Positions 1 through 10,044 of a DNA stretch of 64,000 nucleotides are shown here, piece after piece. Each line of letters starts with the position of its first letter. Positions within the stretch are counted from its first letter, which is position 1. A program made the position numbers and the translations under genes. Source of the stretch: Opitutales bacterium (lineage in GTDB: Bacteria > Verrucomicrobiota > Verrucomicrobiia > Opitutales > JABSRG01); assembly GCA_028280845.1 (NCBI GenBank), contig JANQKZ010000041.1:8549-72548 (forward strand), given 5' to 3'. Below the pieces are notes generated by a model. The model saw only the letters and a list, made by a program, of their open reading frames with translations. It was not told the DNA's origin and did no database searches.

Positions 1-1008
1 GTAGAACCCATCACCCTCCAGCAATGGGAATCCGGGTCAGCCAAAGTCCCCCAGGGTCTGTTTTCCCACGCCGACCAAATCCACCAGTGGCAGACCTCGA
101 TCCCCGACCAGAGCAACAGCTACGGGTGGGCCGGTCGCATGGCCGACATCCTCCATTCCGCTAATTCGAACGAGAAGATTTCCATGAATCTGTCGCTCTC
201 CGGTAACAATGTCATGCAGAAGGGCAGGAATGTGGTGAGTTTCAGCATCGATCCCCAGGAAGGAGCTCTCGGCATTAATCAATACGGCGAAAGCAGTGAG
301 TTCGGGGCAATCCAGACATCGGCCATCAACAGCATGCTGGAACAGCAGTATGCCAACCTCTTCAAGCAGACCTTTGCCACCCAGGTCCGGAGCAGTATTG
401 ATGCGGGCATCGAATTACAGGCCGCCCTCACCAATGCCCCCCAGCTCACTACCTCGTTTTCCGTCAACCAGGTTTCCCAAAGCTTCAACACCATTGCTAA
501 AAGCATCGCAGTCGCGGGAAACCTGGGCATGACTCGCCAGACCTATTTCATTCTTTTCGGCGGCTGGGATCACCATGATGAGGTCATCAATGCGCAGGCG
601 GCTATGCTGCCCATCGTGAGCAAGGCCCTTGGTGAGTTTAATGCCGCCCTGAACGAGCTGGGGCTGCAGAACAGCGTGACCACCTTTACAGCCTCCGATT
701 TCGCACGCACCTTGACCTCCAACGGCAAAGGATCCGACCACGGCTGGGGCGGCAGCCACATGGTCATGGGCGGCGCTGTCAACGGAGGACAGTTCTTCGG
801 CAACTATCCCAGCCTCTACGCAGGCAACCCTCTCGATACCGGGCGCGGTCGGCTCATCCCCACCACCTCCACCGACGAATACTTCGCCGAACTCGCCCTC
901 TGGTTCGGAGTCCCCCCATCCGAGCTCAGTCACATCCTCCCCAACATCTCCCGCTTCTACGACCCCACCTCTACCACCCTCCCGCTAGGTTTCCTCAACC
1001 TAGGGTAG
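1..1008 (+). CDS. DUF1501 domain protein (alkaline-phosphatase/sulfatase-like fold), 5'-truncated by the window edge
   Basis: Frame 1 is open from base 1 (VEPITLQQWESGSAKVPQGLFSHADQIHQWQT...) and runs into the 139..1008 track ORF. It aligns residue for residue with the C-terminal two thirds of the 3278..4690 product (shared GWDHHDEVIN, SDH.WGGSHMVMGGAVNG, GRGRLIPTTSTDEYFAELALWFGVP). Confidence 0.85.
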   Translation, partial: VEPITLQQWESGSAKVPQGLFSHADQIHQWQTSIPDQSNSYGWAGRMADILHSANSNEKISMNLSLSGNNVMQKGRNVVSFSIDPQEGALGINQYGESSEFGAIQTSAINSMLEQQYANLFKQTFATQVRSSIDAGIELQAALTNAPQLTTSFSVNQVSQSFNTIAKSIAVAGNLGMTRQTYFILFGGWDHHDEVINAQAAMLPIVSKALGEFNAALNELGLQNSVTTFTASDFARTLTSNGKGSDHGWGGSHMVMGGAVNGGQFFGNYPSLYAGNPLDTGRGRLIPTTSTDEYFAELALWFGVPPSELSHILPNISRFYDPTSTTLPLGFLNLG

Positions 1009-1196
1009 CGGTCAGTTTTCTCATAAGAAGAAGACCATCACCCTCTCCCCTCTAATCTGCATCCCCCACCCCTGATTGATTTTCATATTTCATTTACAAC
1101 TTTTTGCTAAACTAATTGCCAGTTAATGGGTTAAATTAGGTAACCTTTTCTTTTACTTCCTCGTAGTCTCCTGCGAGAATTAAACTGAGTTTCCTA

Positions 1197-3263
1197 ATGC
1201 GCCCCCCTTTCAACGCATCCCTTCGACTGGGGCTCCTCACCCTGGTTACCGGGCTCATTCTATCCCCCGGACTCCGGGGCCAGACGCTCTTCCTCAACGG
1301 GGCCGAAGACCTCGGGAATGGCTGGCACTCCCTTCCCTGGTTTGGAACCGTCTATGTAGACGACGCCGTGTCCCCCTGGGTATACGATACTTATTTGGGT
1401 TGGCTCTATGTCGCCGACGGAGTAGCCGATGACTTCTGGATTTACTCCCCTCACACCCAATCCTGGTTTTATACCCACGCAAACCTCTACCCTTACGCAT
1501 ATGATGAGCGCAATGGGTGGATGTATTTCCAGCTCGGTGGGGCCAGCACCTGGTATTACCTCTACGACACCAAGGACTGGGTTATGCTCACAGTGCCGCC
1601 CCTCCCCGGGCCCTATGACAAAACCGTCGCCATCGCACGCTTTCTCGACCAGACCACGCTCGGGGTAAATGAACCCACTTTGGCCGCCGCCGCCAGCGGA
1701 AGCATCGAAGACTGGATGGAAACGCAGTTCAATCTACCCATCGTCGACCTCGAACCCAGGGCACGGCAGTTCGTTGAGGACTTCGGAGACGACATCGGCA
1801 CCGAGCAGCTCTTTCATGCCGCCCTGTGGAACAACATTATGAGTGGAGAAGATCTGCTGAGACAGCGAGTGGTCCTTGCCCTGAGCGAAATCATCGTCGT
1901 CTCCAATGTTCCCGGGACCCTGGCCCAACGACCTGCCGGAATGGCCAACTGGTATGATATGTTGCAGCGCCACGCGTTTGGTAACTTCCGGGATCTCCTC
2001 TACGATGTCACCACCCACCCCGTGATGGGGTTTTATCTCAGCCATGCGGGCAATCGAAAAGCCAATGAGGCACTCAATCTCTTTCCGGATGAAAACTACG
2101 CCCGAGAGGTCATGCAATTGTTCTCCATCGGCCTCTACGAATTAAACCTGGACGGTTCTCGGAAAGTCGATGCGGAGGGCAACGATATCCCGACCTATAC
2201 GAACAAGGAAATCACTGAGTTTGCCCGCGTCTTCACCGGCATGATTTACGATTGGCGACAAGTCCCCGACCTCGCAGATGTGGAATACTACGAGGGCCTG
2301 TTCGATAACCTGCGAGACTGGAATGTCTACATCATGACCTCTCCCATGGTCATGGTCGAAGAGGAACACGACACCGGCGAAAAAGAACTCCTCAATGGCA
2401 CCATTCTGCCCGCCGGGCAAAGCGGCCTCCAGGACCTTAGTGACGCTGTAGACAACCTGTTCAACCATCCCAACGTCGGCCCCTTCATCGGTCGCCTGCT
2501 GATCCAACGCCTGGTCAAATCCAACCCCTCCCCCGGATATATTTCCCGGGTCGCCGCCGCCTTCAACGACAACGGTTCCGGGGTCCGGGGAGATATGCGC
2601 GCGGTCTTGGAGGCCATTTATTACGATCACGAAGCCAGAAATCTGTATCACCTCAACGATCCCACGCAGGGAAAGATGAGGGAACCGTGGATGCGTTGGG
2701 TTAAATTGCTGCGAGCGTTCGATGCCCGGGATCATTACGGAATGTATATGCGCGGCGACGAGTGGATCACCAATACCTTTGACCAGCGGCCCTTTGCCTC
2801 TCCCAGTGTGTTCAATTTCTTCCTGCCTGATCACTCGCCTAATGGGGCCATCTCCGATCGCGGATTGGTCGCCCCTGAATTTCAAATCGTCAACTCCCAA
2901 ACCATCCCTGGTTTCATCAACACGATGGAATTCACCTTGTGGCAGGGGTGGTCCAACGACGAAGTCGATGAAAATCCGGTCGACGATGAAGGCAATCCCC
3001 TCAACCCGGCTCAAATCTACATGTGGCACAACCCCTGGAGGTTCAATGGCCCCGAGGGGCTTCTCGAAACTGCAGCGGATGCAGGCACCCTGGTGGACCG
3101 CCTGGACCTCCTCCTGACCAACGGCACCCTCAGCGAGGCGTCCCGGCAAATGATTGTGGATGCCATCGAACCCTATGGAATCTGGGATGAAGACTACGGC
3201 ATTCGTCTCTGGTTGGCTGTCTACTACCTCCTCCTTTCCCCCGAATTCACCATCTCCCGATAA
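1197..3263 (+). CDS. DUF1800 domain protein, secreted
   Basis: 688-aa ORF with a signal-like N-terminus (LRLGLLTLVTGLILSPGLRGQ). Motifs typical of DUF1800 as I recall it (HPVMGFYLSH, ENYAREVMQLFSIGL, EFARVFTGM, VFNFFLPD). It sits 15 nt upstream of a DUF1501 gene, which is the usual pairing. Confidence 0.8.
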   Translation: MRPPFNASLRLGLLTLVTGLILSPGLRGQTLFLNGAEDLGNGWHSLPWFGTVYVDDAVSPWVYDTYLGWLYVADGVADDFWIYSPHTQSWFYTHANLYPYAYDERNGWMYFQLGGASTWYYLYDTKDWVMLTVPPLPGPYDKTVAIARFLDQTTLGVNEPTLAAAASGSIEDWMETQFNLPIVDLEPRARQFVEDFGDDIGTEQLFHAALWNNIMSGEDLLRQRVVLALSEIIVVSNVPGTLAQRPAGMANWYDMLQRHAFGNFRDLLYDVTTHPVMGFYLSHAGNRKANEALNLFPDENYAREVMQLFSIGLYELNLDGSRKVDAEGNDIPTYTNKEITEFARVFTGMIYDWRQVPDLADVEYYEGLFDNLRDWNVYIMTSPMVMVEEEHDTGEKELLNGTILPAGQSGLQDLSDAVDNLFNHPNVGPFIGRLLIQRLVKSNPSPGYISRVAAAFNDNGSGVRGDMRAVLEAIYYDHEARNLYHLNDPTQGKMREPWMRWVKLLRAFDARDHYGMYMRGDEWITNTFDQRPFASPSVFNFFLPDHSPNGAISDRGLVAPEFQIVNSQTIPGFINTMEFTLWQGWSNDEVDENPVDDEGNPLNPAQIYMWHNPWRFNGPEGLLETAADAGTLVDRLDLLLTNGTLSEASRQMIVDAIEPYGIWDEDYGIRLWLAVYYLLLSPEFTISR

Positions 3264-3277
3264 GTCAGGACCCGCGC

Positions 3278-4690
3278 ATGAACCCCTTTGAAAAATCCCT
3301 TTCCCGCCGATCTTTTTTGGGCCAGGCCAGTTGCGCAGCCGTGGGGTCTGCTTCGCTCTTTTCCACCTTGTTCAACCTCCGCATGTCGAGCGCCCTCGCG
3401 CAGAGCATGCCCGTTGTCTCCCCTTTCGGCGACTACAAAGCCCTGGTTTGCCTCTTCTTTGCCGGGGGGGCTGATAGCAACAACATGCTCATCCCCTATG
3501 GCGAAACCGAATACAGCGAATACCAGACCATTCGTTCCGACCTGGCCTTGGGACGAGACACACTACTGCCGATCAACCTGCAAAACGGAGACGGGCGCCA
3601 ATTCGCCGTCCACCCCGGAATGCCCGAGGTGCAACAACTGTTCAACAATGGTCAGCTCGCCTTCATTAATAATGTGGGCACCCTGGTGGAACCGGTCACC
3701 CTCGACACCTGGGAGGCCGGCATGGCCCGCGTGCCGGAGGGCCTGTTCTCCCATTCCGATCAGATTCAGCAGTGGCAGACCTCCATCCCGGACCAGCGTA
3801 GCACAATCGGATGGGCAGGTCGCATGGCCGATATTATGCAGGCCGCGAATACCAATGATCTGATCTCTATGAATATTTCCCTGTCTGGCAATAACGTCAT
3901 GCAGTCGGGCAACCACGTGATCAGCTACAGCATCGACTCCGAAACCGGGGCCGCCGGAATTAACCATTATGGATCTGATGAGTGGTGGGGCACCGTTCGC
4001 ACTCCGGCCATCAACAGTCTGATCGACTATGAATACAAAAATATTTTCGAACAGGCCTACGCCAGCCAGGTGCGTCAAAGTATCGACGCCAGCGTTCAAT
4101 TTGGAGATGCCCTCTCCCAGGCTCCCACGCTCCAAACCACCTTTTCGGATAACGAAATTTCTCAGAGCTTCCGCACGATTGCGCAATCCATCTCCGTGGC
4201 CGGTCTGCTGGGGATGACTCGCCAAACCTACTTTGTCCTCTTCGGGGGATGGGATCATCATGATGAAGTCATCAACAACCAGGCCCGCATGCTGCCCGTG
4301 GTGAGTGCGGCCCTGGGGGAATTTAATGCCGCCATGGCCGAACTCGATATGCAAAACAGCGTGACGACCTTTACTGCTTCCGACTTTGCCCGCACGCTGA
4401 CCTCCAATGGCCGCGGGTCCGACCACGCCTGGGGAGGCAGCCATATGGTCATGGGAGGAGCTGTCAACGGAAGCAACTTCTATGGTCCCTACCCTAACCT
4501 CTATGCAGGAAATCCCCTCGACACTGGCCGGGGCCGCCTCATCCCCACCACCTCTACGGATGAATACTTCGCTGAGCTCGCCCTCTGGTTCGGCGTTCCC
4601 AATTCAGAGATCACCAATATCTTCCCAAATTTGAGCCGTTTCTACGACCCCAACTCGGCCCAACTCCCCCTCGGCTTTTTAAACGTTTAA
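3278..4690 (+). CDS. DUF1501 domain protein with twin-arginine (Tat) signal
   Basis: 470-aa ORF. N-terminal SRRSFLGQ twin-arginine motif followed by a hydrophobic stretch. ADSNNMLIP, GWDHHD and SDHAWGG motifs of the DUF1501/sulfatase-like family. Close paralog of the 1..1008 product. Confidence 0.85.
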   Translation: MNPFEKSLSRRSFLGQASCAAVGSASLFSTLFNLRMSSALAQSMPVVSPFGDYKALVCLFFAGGADSNNMLIPYGETEYSEYQTIRSDLALGRDTLLPINLQNGDGRQFAVHPGMPEVQQLFNNGQLAFINNVGTLVEPVTLDTWEAGMARVPEGLFSHSDQIQQWQTSIPDQRSTIGWAGRMADIMQAANTNDLISMNISLSGNNVMQSGNHVISYSIDSETGAAGINHYGSDEWWGTVRTPAINSLIDYEYKNIFEQAYASQVRQSIDASVQFGDALSQAPTLQTTFSDNEISQSFRTIAQSISVAGLLGMTRQTYFVLFGGWDHHDEVINNQARMLPVVSAALGEFNAAMAELDMQNSVTTFTASDFARTLTSNGRGSDHAWGGSHMVMGGAVNGSNFYGPYPNLYAGNPLDTGRGRLIPTTSTDEYFAELALWFGVPNSEITNIFPNLSRFYDPNSAQLPLGFLNV

Positions 4691-4828
4691 GCAATTAAAC
4701 GTAGGGTCCGGGGCCCAACCCTGGGTCGCAGCTGAAAAACTCCTCCTCGAAAGCAGGAGGCACCCCTGGCAACCGGATACCTCCATAAGAGTGGTTTGGT
4801 AGGAGCTGCCTCTGCAGTGGAAAGTAGC

Positions 4829-6025
4829 TCAAGACCGGAATATATCGTCCAGCACAAACTCGACTTGGCGATCCACCGGGGTTCCATCCTCCACCGCGGG
4901 TAAAAACTTTGCCTCGATGATCACCCGTTCGACGTCCGAGACCAATTCGTCCGGGCAGTTCAAAATCTGGACCTGGTCCACTTCCCCCATCGCGGTGACC
5001 AGAAGAGAGACTCGGATCGATCGGCTTTTTTCAGTCGTCAGGGAAGCCGGCACGACTTCGCGGGAGAGCAATTTAAACAGGGACGGATCCGTATCGGGCG
5101 GATCCAGCTCGGTAAACAGATCAGCATAAAGGAAATCATAAGCTTCCTCCTCGCTCAAATGGATCCGCTGCTCCGAATACTCCGTAGGAACCTCTCGATC
5201 CCCAGAAAAAAGGTGATACGACATCTCCAGAATTTGCGGCCCCTCCGGAAATCCTGTCATGGCAAAGTGAACCGGGTTGGTTTCCCCTGCCTGAATATTT
5301 CCAATTTCAGCAATTTGGATATTGAAGGCTTCCTCCTCCGGGTTGGCTCCATTTCCATCCAGATATTTTGCCCGAACAAACAGGTAACAATCCTCCAGGT
5401 CCTCTTCAGGCTGGAATTTCAAACTGATCAACAAGGTGTCGAAATGCTCCTCGTGGGACTTCTCACCAATCTCCTGCTCGATACCTCGAGCCATGCTCTG
5501 CATGTTGTTGAGCGAAGCCGAAGATGTACTTACAGCTGCAGTCGCTTGCGATACCGCCACCTGCTGATTGCGCTGGATCTCCGCATCTACATTCGACATC
5601 CCGGCAGGTCCCATGCCCCCTCCAGCTGAGAGGTTCGATAAAGACTGTAACGAATACTCGAGGGGCTGTGTAAAATTCATCTGTTGTTGGATCGCGTCCA
5701 TATAGCGCTCCATCAAACGTGCCACTTCGGTGGAATAGGGCCGCGTTTCAAAATCGAACAGGCTGGCAAACTGATCACTATGCCGAATGGATTTCCGGAA
5801 ATTGATCTTAGCCGGGCGCGGCGCCCCTTCTAACTGACCATCTTTGTAGTAAAGATGAAGACCGCTCTTGAATCCCACCATCGGATACTCCACCCCATCC
5901 ACCTCCACAAACAGATTCATCCCCATGAAGATCGAATCGCTGGTGGCCGTCGCCTCCTCAGCCACAGAGGATAGCGCCGGGAAAACGAAAACAGACAGCA
6001 GGAGCATAGAGGTTCTCATAAACAC
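4829..6025 (-). CDS. secreted hypothetical protein with a TonB-C-terminal-like domain
   Basis: 398-aa ORF with a signal-like N-terminus (MLLLSVFVFPALSSVAEE). The last ~70 aa (GEVDQVQILNCPDELVSDVERVIIEAKFLPAVEDGTPVDRQVEFVL) resemble the TonB C-terminal fold pattern. No proline-rich linker or N-terminal TM anchor typical of true TonB. Lies directly downstream of the TonB-dependent receptor. Confidence 0.45.
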   Translation of the reverse strand: MFMRTSMLLLSVFVFPALSSVAEEATATSDSIFMGMNLFVEVDGVEYPMVGFKSGLHLYYKDGQLEGAPRPAKINFRKSIRHSDQFASLFDFETRPYSTEVARLMERYMDAIQQQMNFTQPLEYSLQSLSNLSAGGGMGPAGMSNVDAEIQRNQQVAVSQATAAVSTSSASLNNMQSMARGIEQEIGEKSHEEHFDTLLISLKFQPEEDLEDCYLFVRAKYLDGNGANPEEEAFNIQIAEIGNIQAGETNPVHFAMTGFPEGPQILEMSYHLFSGDREVPTEYSEQRIHLSEEEAYDFLYADLFTELDPPDTDPSLFKLLSREVVPASLTTEKSRSIRVSLLVTAMGEVDQVQILNCPDELVSDVERVIIEAKFLPAVEDGTPVDRQVEFVLDDIFRS

Positions 6026-6138
6026 TTAAGGTTTAAACCGAAGTTGCATCGTTAAGTTAATAAGCGTTCCAAATTTTGGCAAGCCACTCCCCTCCAATTA
6101 AATTCCCTCCCGCTTTCACCATCCCCCTCCTCTATTGC

Positions 6139-6176
6139 CAAAAAAACAAAAAGGGGTGCATCCATGGATGCACCCC
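6139..6176 (-). terminator. intrinsic terminator downstream of the TonB-dependent receptor gene
   Basis: Perfect 24-nt palindrome GGGGTGCATCCATGGATGCACCCC (6153..6176). On the minus strand it is followed by TTTTTGTTTTTTTGG. It starts 38 nt after the receptor stop codon. Confidence 0.8.
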
Positions 6177-6213
6177 TGTAATGAGTCGGAAGTGAAGTCT
6201 GTCTTGGAGCCCT

Positions 6214-9200
6214 TTAGAACTTTAAGGTGTTCGTCACGGTCCAGGACATACCCTCTGTGATCCGGTACGCCGCATGGGTGCCATCCGGGTTAGCCGAAAT
6301 CGGCGTCAGCCCGGTATCTTTGCCCACGTTGCGCAGGTTCAACTGAATCCGCCAATCAAGATTATCGTTGATCCGGTAATCATAACCAAACCACAAATCG
6401 ACGAAGAGGTCATTCTCACCATACAAGGGTTTCTCTACCGAAAGACCAGACAGGTCATCCTTCAGGCCGTAACCCAGGATCTGGCGATCTTGGAAGCGGA
6501 TGGAGCCCCCGGAATTGAATCCGCGGAGGAAGCCTTCCGTGAAACGGTAGTTGGTAATGGCGGCAAAACGCCAGGGCCGCAGTTCCGGTGCCTGGAAGCC
6601 GACGGACTCTTGCTGGAATTGCACAGCCGAAATGATGTTATCTTCATAGTATTGACGGATCGTGCGGTCACCACCCCACCAGAGGCGGAGATCACCCGCA
6701 GGACCTTGCAGCTTGCTCCATTGGTAATCGATCCAGTCCAACATCGGCTGACCGAGATTTTCGCGGTAGGCATCAGTCTTGGAGGCATTGACCTGGATAT
6801 TCCAGTTCGGAGTAGGCTGGTAATTCATTTCGATTTCCCACCCTTCGGAGGTGTTATCGATGGTGCCGTTCGGGCGAATGCCATCGATTTGACCATCGTT
6901 CTGGGAGCTGAATCCGGTCGTATAGGTGCCCACCTGGAATCCACTGGCAGCGGCAGCATCGACGAGCGGCTGCACATCACCGGTGGACTGGTAAGTCTGG
7001 TATGCAGACTGGATCGCAGACACATCTGCAGGAATCTCATAATTCACGAAGAAGTCTGCATCCATTTGCGTGATCCAGGCATCCACGGCAGCACGTTGGG
7101 AAGCGGTGCTCGGGTGGTTTTCGTAGGTAGGCTCACCTGGGTCATAATCCGAGTTGCCCCATTCGTTATCATCCACCATAGCCCAGTTCCAGTGCCAGTC
7201 CTGATTGGGGTCCAGACCTTCGCTACCAAAGATATTCAGCAGGGAGTTGGCCGTTCCCCAGGCTTCCAACTGATACAGATAGTACTGGTTGGCACCCAGG
7301 ATAGATCCACCACCGGGAAGGTTACCGTTCTTGACCTCAGTCTTGTAGCGACCGACCTTCAGGGTGAGCTTGTTCTCGAATGCACTCAATACGACCCCAT
7401 AGTCCACACTCTCAGCCGATGGATTCGCGAGCGGGGAACCGTCGTAATTGAAGCGAGCTTCCACCTTGGTATTTTCACCCACGTTGTAGTAGGCGCTCAA
7501 TCCGGAGATAATCGGAACATTGCGGACCCAGTCGGAGGGAACGTGACCGACGATACCCCAGGAGATAGTTTCTCCCTTGTTTTCCAGAACCTTGGTGGTG
7601 ATCACGCCGGAACGGGAAGCAACGCCCGTGGCATCTTTGGCACCGGAACCCGTATAGGTTTCCAGCTCATCGCGACGCCAACCAAAGGTCGGCACGATCG
7701 TTCCGCCAAAGAAGTGACCTTGCCAGACCAAACCAACCGAATTGATCGTTTGCTCGGTTACCCCGTAATCCAGGATCAACTGATCCAGATCGCCGGCCTG
7801 CGCATTGAGCACCGTGAGGGTTCCATTCGTGCGACCGGTGTAATTGAAGGGATTATCCGCTTGGACGCCCGTGGGGTCTCCCAGCAGGTTGGTCCAGGGA
7901 GCACCCGGGTCCACATAGGTTGGATCCATCGGGTCGGTGGAGGGCAACCAGGTGGTCTGGAAGAAATCCGCCGTATAAGAACCCACCGGAGCGTAGATGG
8001 TATTGTTTGCTGACAGGTTCAAGCCACTGGCCGAACTCACTCCGAAGAGGGGTTCGCTCAGGTAGATAACCGGGGTGATTCCACGGGTGGATTCGCCGAG
8101 CAAAGTATTTTCACCGGAAACGGACAGGTTGTTGGCCCACTCGAAGCTGGTTTGGCTCGGCGCATAGTTGGTCACATTTTCATCCCGGGATTCCTTGGTG
8201 TAGAGCCCCGTGAAGACGTGGCGTCCCAGCATCTTGGTCAACCAGGAGTCATCGTCCATGAAATCCGAGAAGTTGAGCTCGCCAAAGGCGGTCACCCGGT
8301 GGGTTTCCCGGTCGCGCTCGAGGATGTTGTTGTTGGAGAAACTGCCCGCCATGAAAGCGGCTCCGGCATTCGGATTGGCATAGGGCTGACCCGGTGTGGG
8401 CGTAAACCCGTAGACACTATATGTGCTGGGGTCGATCAACTCGGCGGTCGGATCATTGGGATCCGGAACACGGGTATACTGAGACAGCTGGTTTTGCAGG
8501 TTCGCATTGATATCAATGGAGATATAGGGGCGATTCCACGTAGCGCCTTCACGCCACTGCTTGTAATACTGCTTATCCCAAACATATTCCAAACCTATGC
8601 GATTGTCGAAAAAGGTCTGGGAAAGCGAAATATTCACCGCATCCCAGTCTTGCTTTTCGCGCTTGTTGTTACCATCGACCAGGTTGTTGTAGAAGTCGAA
8701 GATGGAGGCGTCAGTTAAGGATTGGTCCTTATAATATCCACGAGTGGCCAGCGGGAAGCGGGAAGCCATCCCTTCCGTCGTGTCCATTCGATCGACTTGA
8801 ACCGCGTAGGCATTCATTCCTCCGGCCCTCAACAGGGACCCGAAGGGAATATCAATCGCATTATCGATTGATCCATCTGCCGCCAGGGCGCCGGGATACA
8901 CCCGCGGGGCCTGCCGGGAAACGAAATAGGGCTGCTCTTGTCCATTGACGAAGAAGAAGCCTACGCCGCCATTGTTCAGTGCGCCCGAATCGATAGCAGC
9001 CGTTCCCGGCTGGTAGAAGGGATTCAGAACTCCACTGTCGGAAAGCGGACCACGGTTGGGGTCGCCTCCACCGGTCTGGTTGTAGAGGAAGGTATCAAAG
9101 ATTCCCTGACCTAAACCGATACGGTCATTCACACCATCGCCGGCGGTATCTTCAAACCACAGGGTGATGCCATCTTCAGGAGGGAGCATCCGCGGGTTAT

Positions 9201-10044
9201 TCGCCGAAATCCCTGCAGTTTCAAAGCTGGCGCGTACGGTCAATCTACTGGCCCAGGACTCAGGAAGAACCTGGGGCTGAATCGTGGTGGTCCCAAATAG
9301 CCGCTTGTCATTGTTGAAGGCAGGCTCCTGGCGAAACTGGCGGTCGTTATACAGACCGGAGAACCGGACCGACCAAAGGTCTTCCATGATCACATAATTG
9401 TAATCCGCTACATATCGGTTCGAACCAAAGCGATCGTGTCCCCACTCAAGGGAGCCTTCGTTGCCACCCATGTGGGAAACCACGGTATTGGTGTTAATGA
9501 TTCCAGCCGGGCTCCCGACACCAAAAAGAATGGAGTTCGGACCCCGCTGAATTTCTACGCGGTCGACATTATAGGAATCCCAGGGAATGTCAGAGAGGAA
9601 GAAGTTGCGGGTATTGTCCGCAGCTTCCAGGCCACGCACCCGGGTATTGTTATTCGGCTGGAGAAGCGCACCACGGTCGCTCACGCCTTGGCTGTTGCCA
9701 AAACCACCATAGTTACCAAACAAACCACCCACTTCCGTGTTGGTGGTATAATTCAATAGGTCCAGGTTGCTTTGAGAATTCGTGTCCTGCAGGAATTGCT
9801 TCGTGGACACACTAAGCGGGGTGGAGAGGTCACGCAGGTCCGTCCGGATACGCGTGCCACCCAAAGTTGAAGTGGCGGTATATCCGTCGGTATCCGTGCC
9901 CTCCACAACAAAAGGACTGAGTTGCTCAATATCCTCTTGTTCGTCGAGGTCGTCCTCTTCCTGTGCGTTAACAGCCAGAAGAGGCACCCATATAAATCCC
10001 AGTAAAAGGAATTTATATAGCCTTTTTTGTCTAGTTTCGTTCAT
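6214..10044 (-). CDS. TonB-dependent outer-membrane receptor (unusually large, 1276 aa)
   Basis: Signal-like N-terminus and an acidic linker. Plug-domain motifs (LSPFVVEG, NTRVRGL, VDRVEIQRGPNSILFG.GSPAGIINT). Long beta-rich body ending in a terminal aromatic residue (TNTLKF). Confidence 0.85.
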   Translation of the reverse strand: MNETRQKRLYKFLLLGFIWVPLLAVNAQEEDDLDEQEDIEQLSPFVVEGTDTDGYTATSTLGGTRIRTDLRDLSTPLSVSTKQFLQDTNSQSNLDLLNYTTNTEVGGLFGNYGGFGNSQGVSDRGALLQPNNNTRVRGLEAADNTRNFFLSDIPWDSYNVDRVEIQRGPNSILFGVGSPAGIINTNTVVSHMGGNEGSLEWGHDRFGSNRYVADYNYVIMEDLWSVRFSGLYNDRQFRQEPAFNNDKRLFGTTTIQPQVLPESWASRLTVRASFETAGISANNPRMLPPEDGITLWFEDTAGDGVNDRIGLGQGIFDTFLYNQTGGGDPNRGPLSDSGVLNPFYQPGTAAIDSGALNNGGVGFFFVNGQEQPYFVSRQAPRVYPGALAADGSIDNAIDIPFGSLLRAGGMNAYAVQVDRMDTTEGMASRFPLATRGYYKDQSLTDASIFDFYNNLVDGNNKREKQDWDAVNISLSQTFFDNRIGLEYVWDKQYYKQWREGATWNRPYISIDINANLQNQLSQYTRVPDPNDPTAELIDPSTYSVYGFTPTPGQPYANPNAGAAFMAGSFSNNNILERDRETHRVTAFGELNFSDFMDDDSWLTKMLGRHVFTGLYTKESRDENVTNYAPSQTSFEWANNLSVSGENTLLGESTRGITPVIYLSEPLFGVSSASGLNLSANNTIYAPVGSYTADFFQTTWLPSTDPMDPTYVDPGAPWTNLLGDPTGVQADNPFNYTGRTNGTLTVLNAQAGDLDQLILDYGVTEQTINSVGLVWQGHFFGGTIVPTFGWRRDELETYTGSGAKDATGVASRSGVITTKVLENKGETISWGIVGHVPSDWVRNVPIISGLSAYYNVGENTKVEARFNYDGSPLANPSAESVDYGVVLSAFENKLTLKVGRYKTEVKNGNLPGGGSILGANQYYLYQLEAWGTANSLLNIFGSEGLDPNQDWHWNWAMVDDNEWGNSDYDPGEPTYENHPSTASQRAAVDAWITQMDADFFVNYEIPADVSAIQSAYQTYQSTGDVQPLVDAAAASGFQVGTYTTGFSSQNDGQIDGIRPNGTIDNTSEGWEIEMNYQPTPNWNIQVNASKTDAYRENLGQPMLDWIDYQWSKLQGPAGDLRLWWGGDRTIRQYYEDNIISAVQFQQESVGFQAPELRPWRFAAITNYRFTEGFLRGFNSGGSIRFQDRQILGYGLKDDLSGLSVEKPLYGENDLFVDLWFGYDYRINDNLDWRIQLNLRNVGKDTGLTPISANPDGTHAAYRITEGMSWTVTNTLKF

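Noticed and set aside
6274-8013. Long ORFs antisense to confident genes. Examples: 6274..8013 (+, 579 aa) opposite the TonB-dependent receptor, 45209..46303 (+) opposite rhs, 33994..34977 (+) opposite the ATP-grasp gene, 2142..3149 (-) opposite DUF1800, 15770..16483 (-) out of frame within the permease gene, and 3563..4444 (-) opposite DUF1501.
   Set aside because: Their products are low-complexity and Arg/Gly/Pro/His-rich, with no motifs. Each is fully covered by a gene with clear family signatures. This is the typical open-frame artefact of GC-rich coding DNA.
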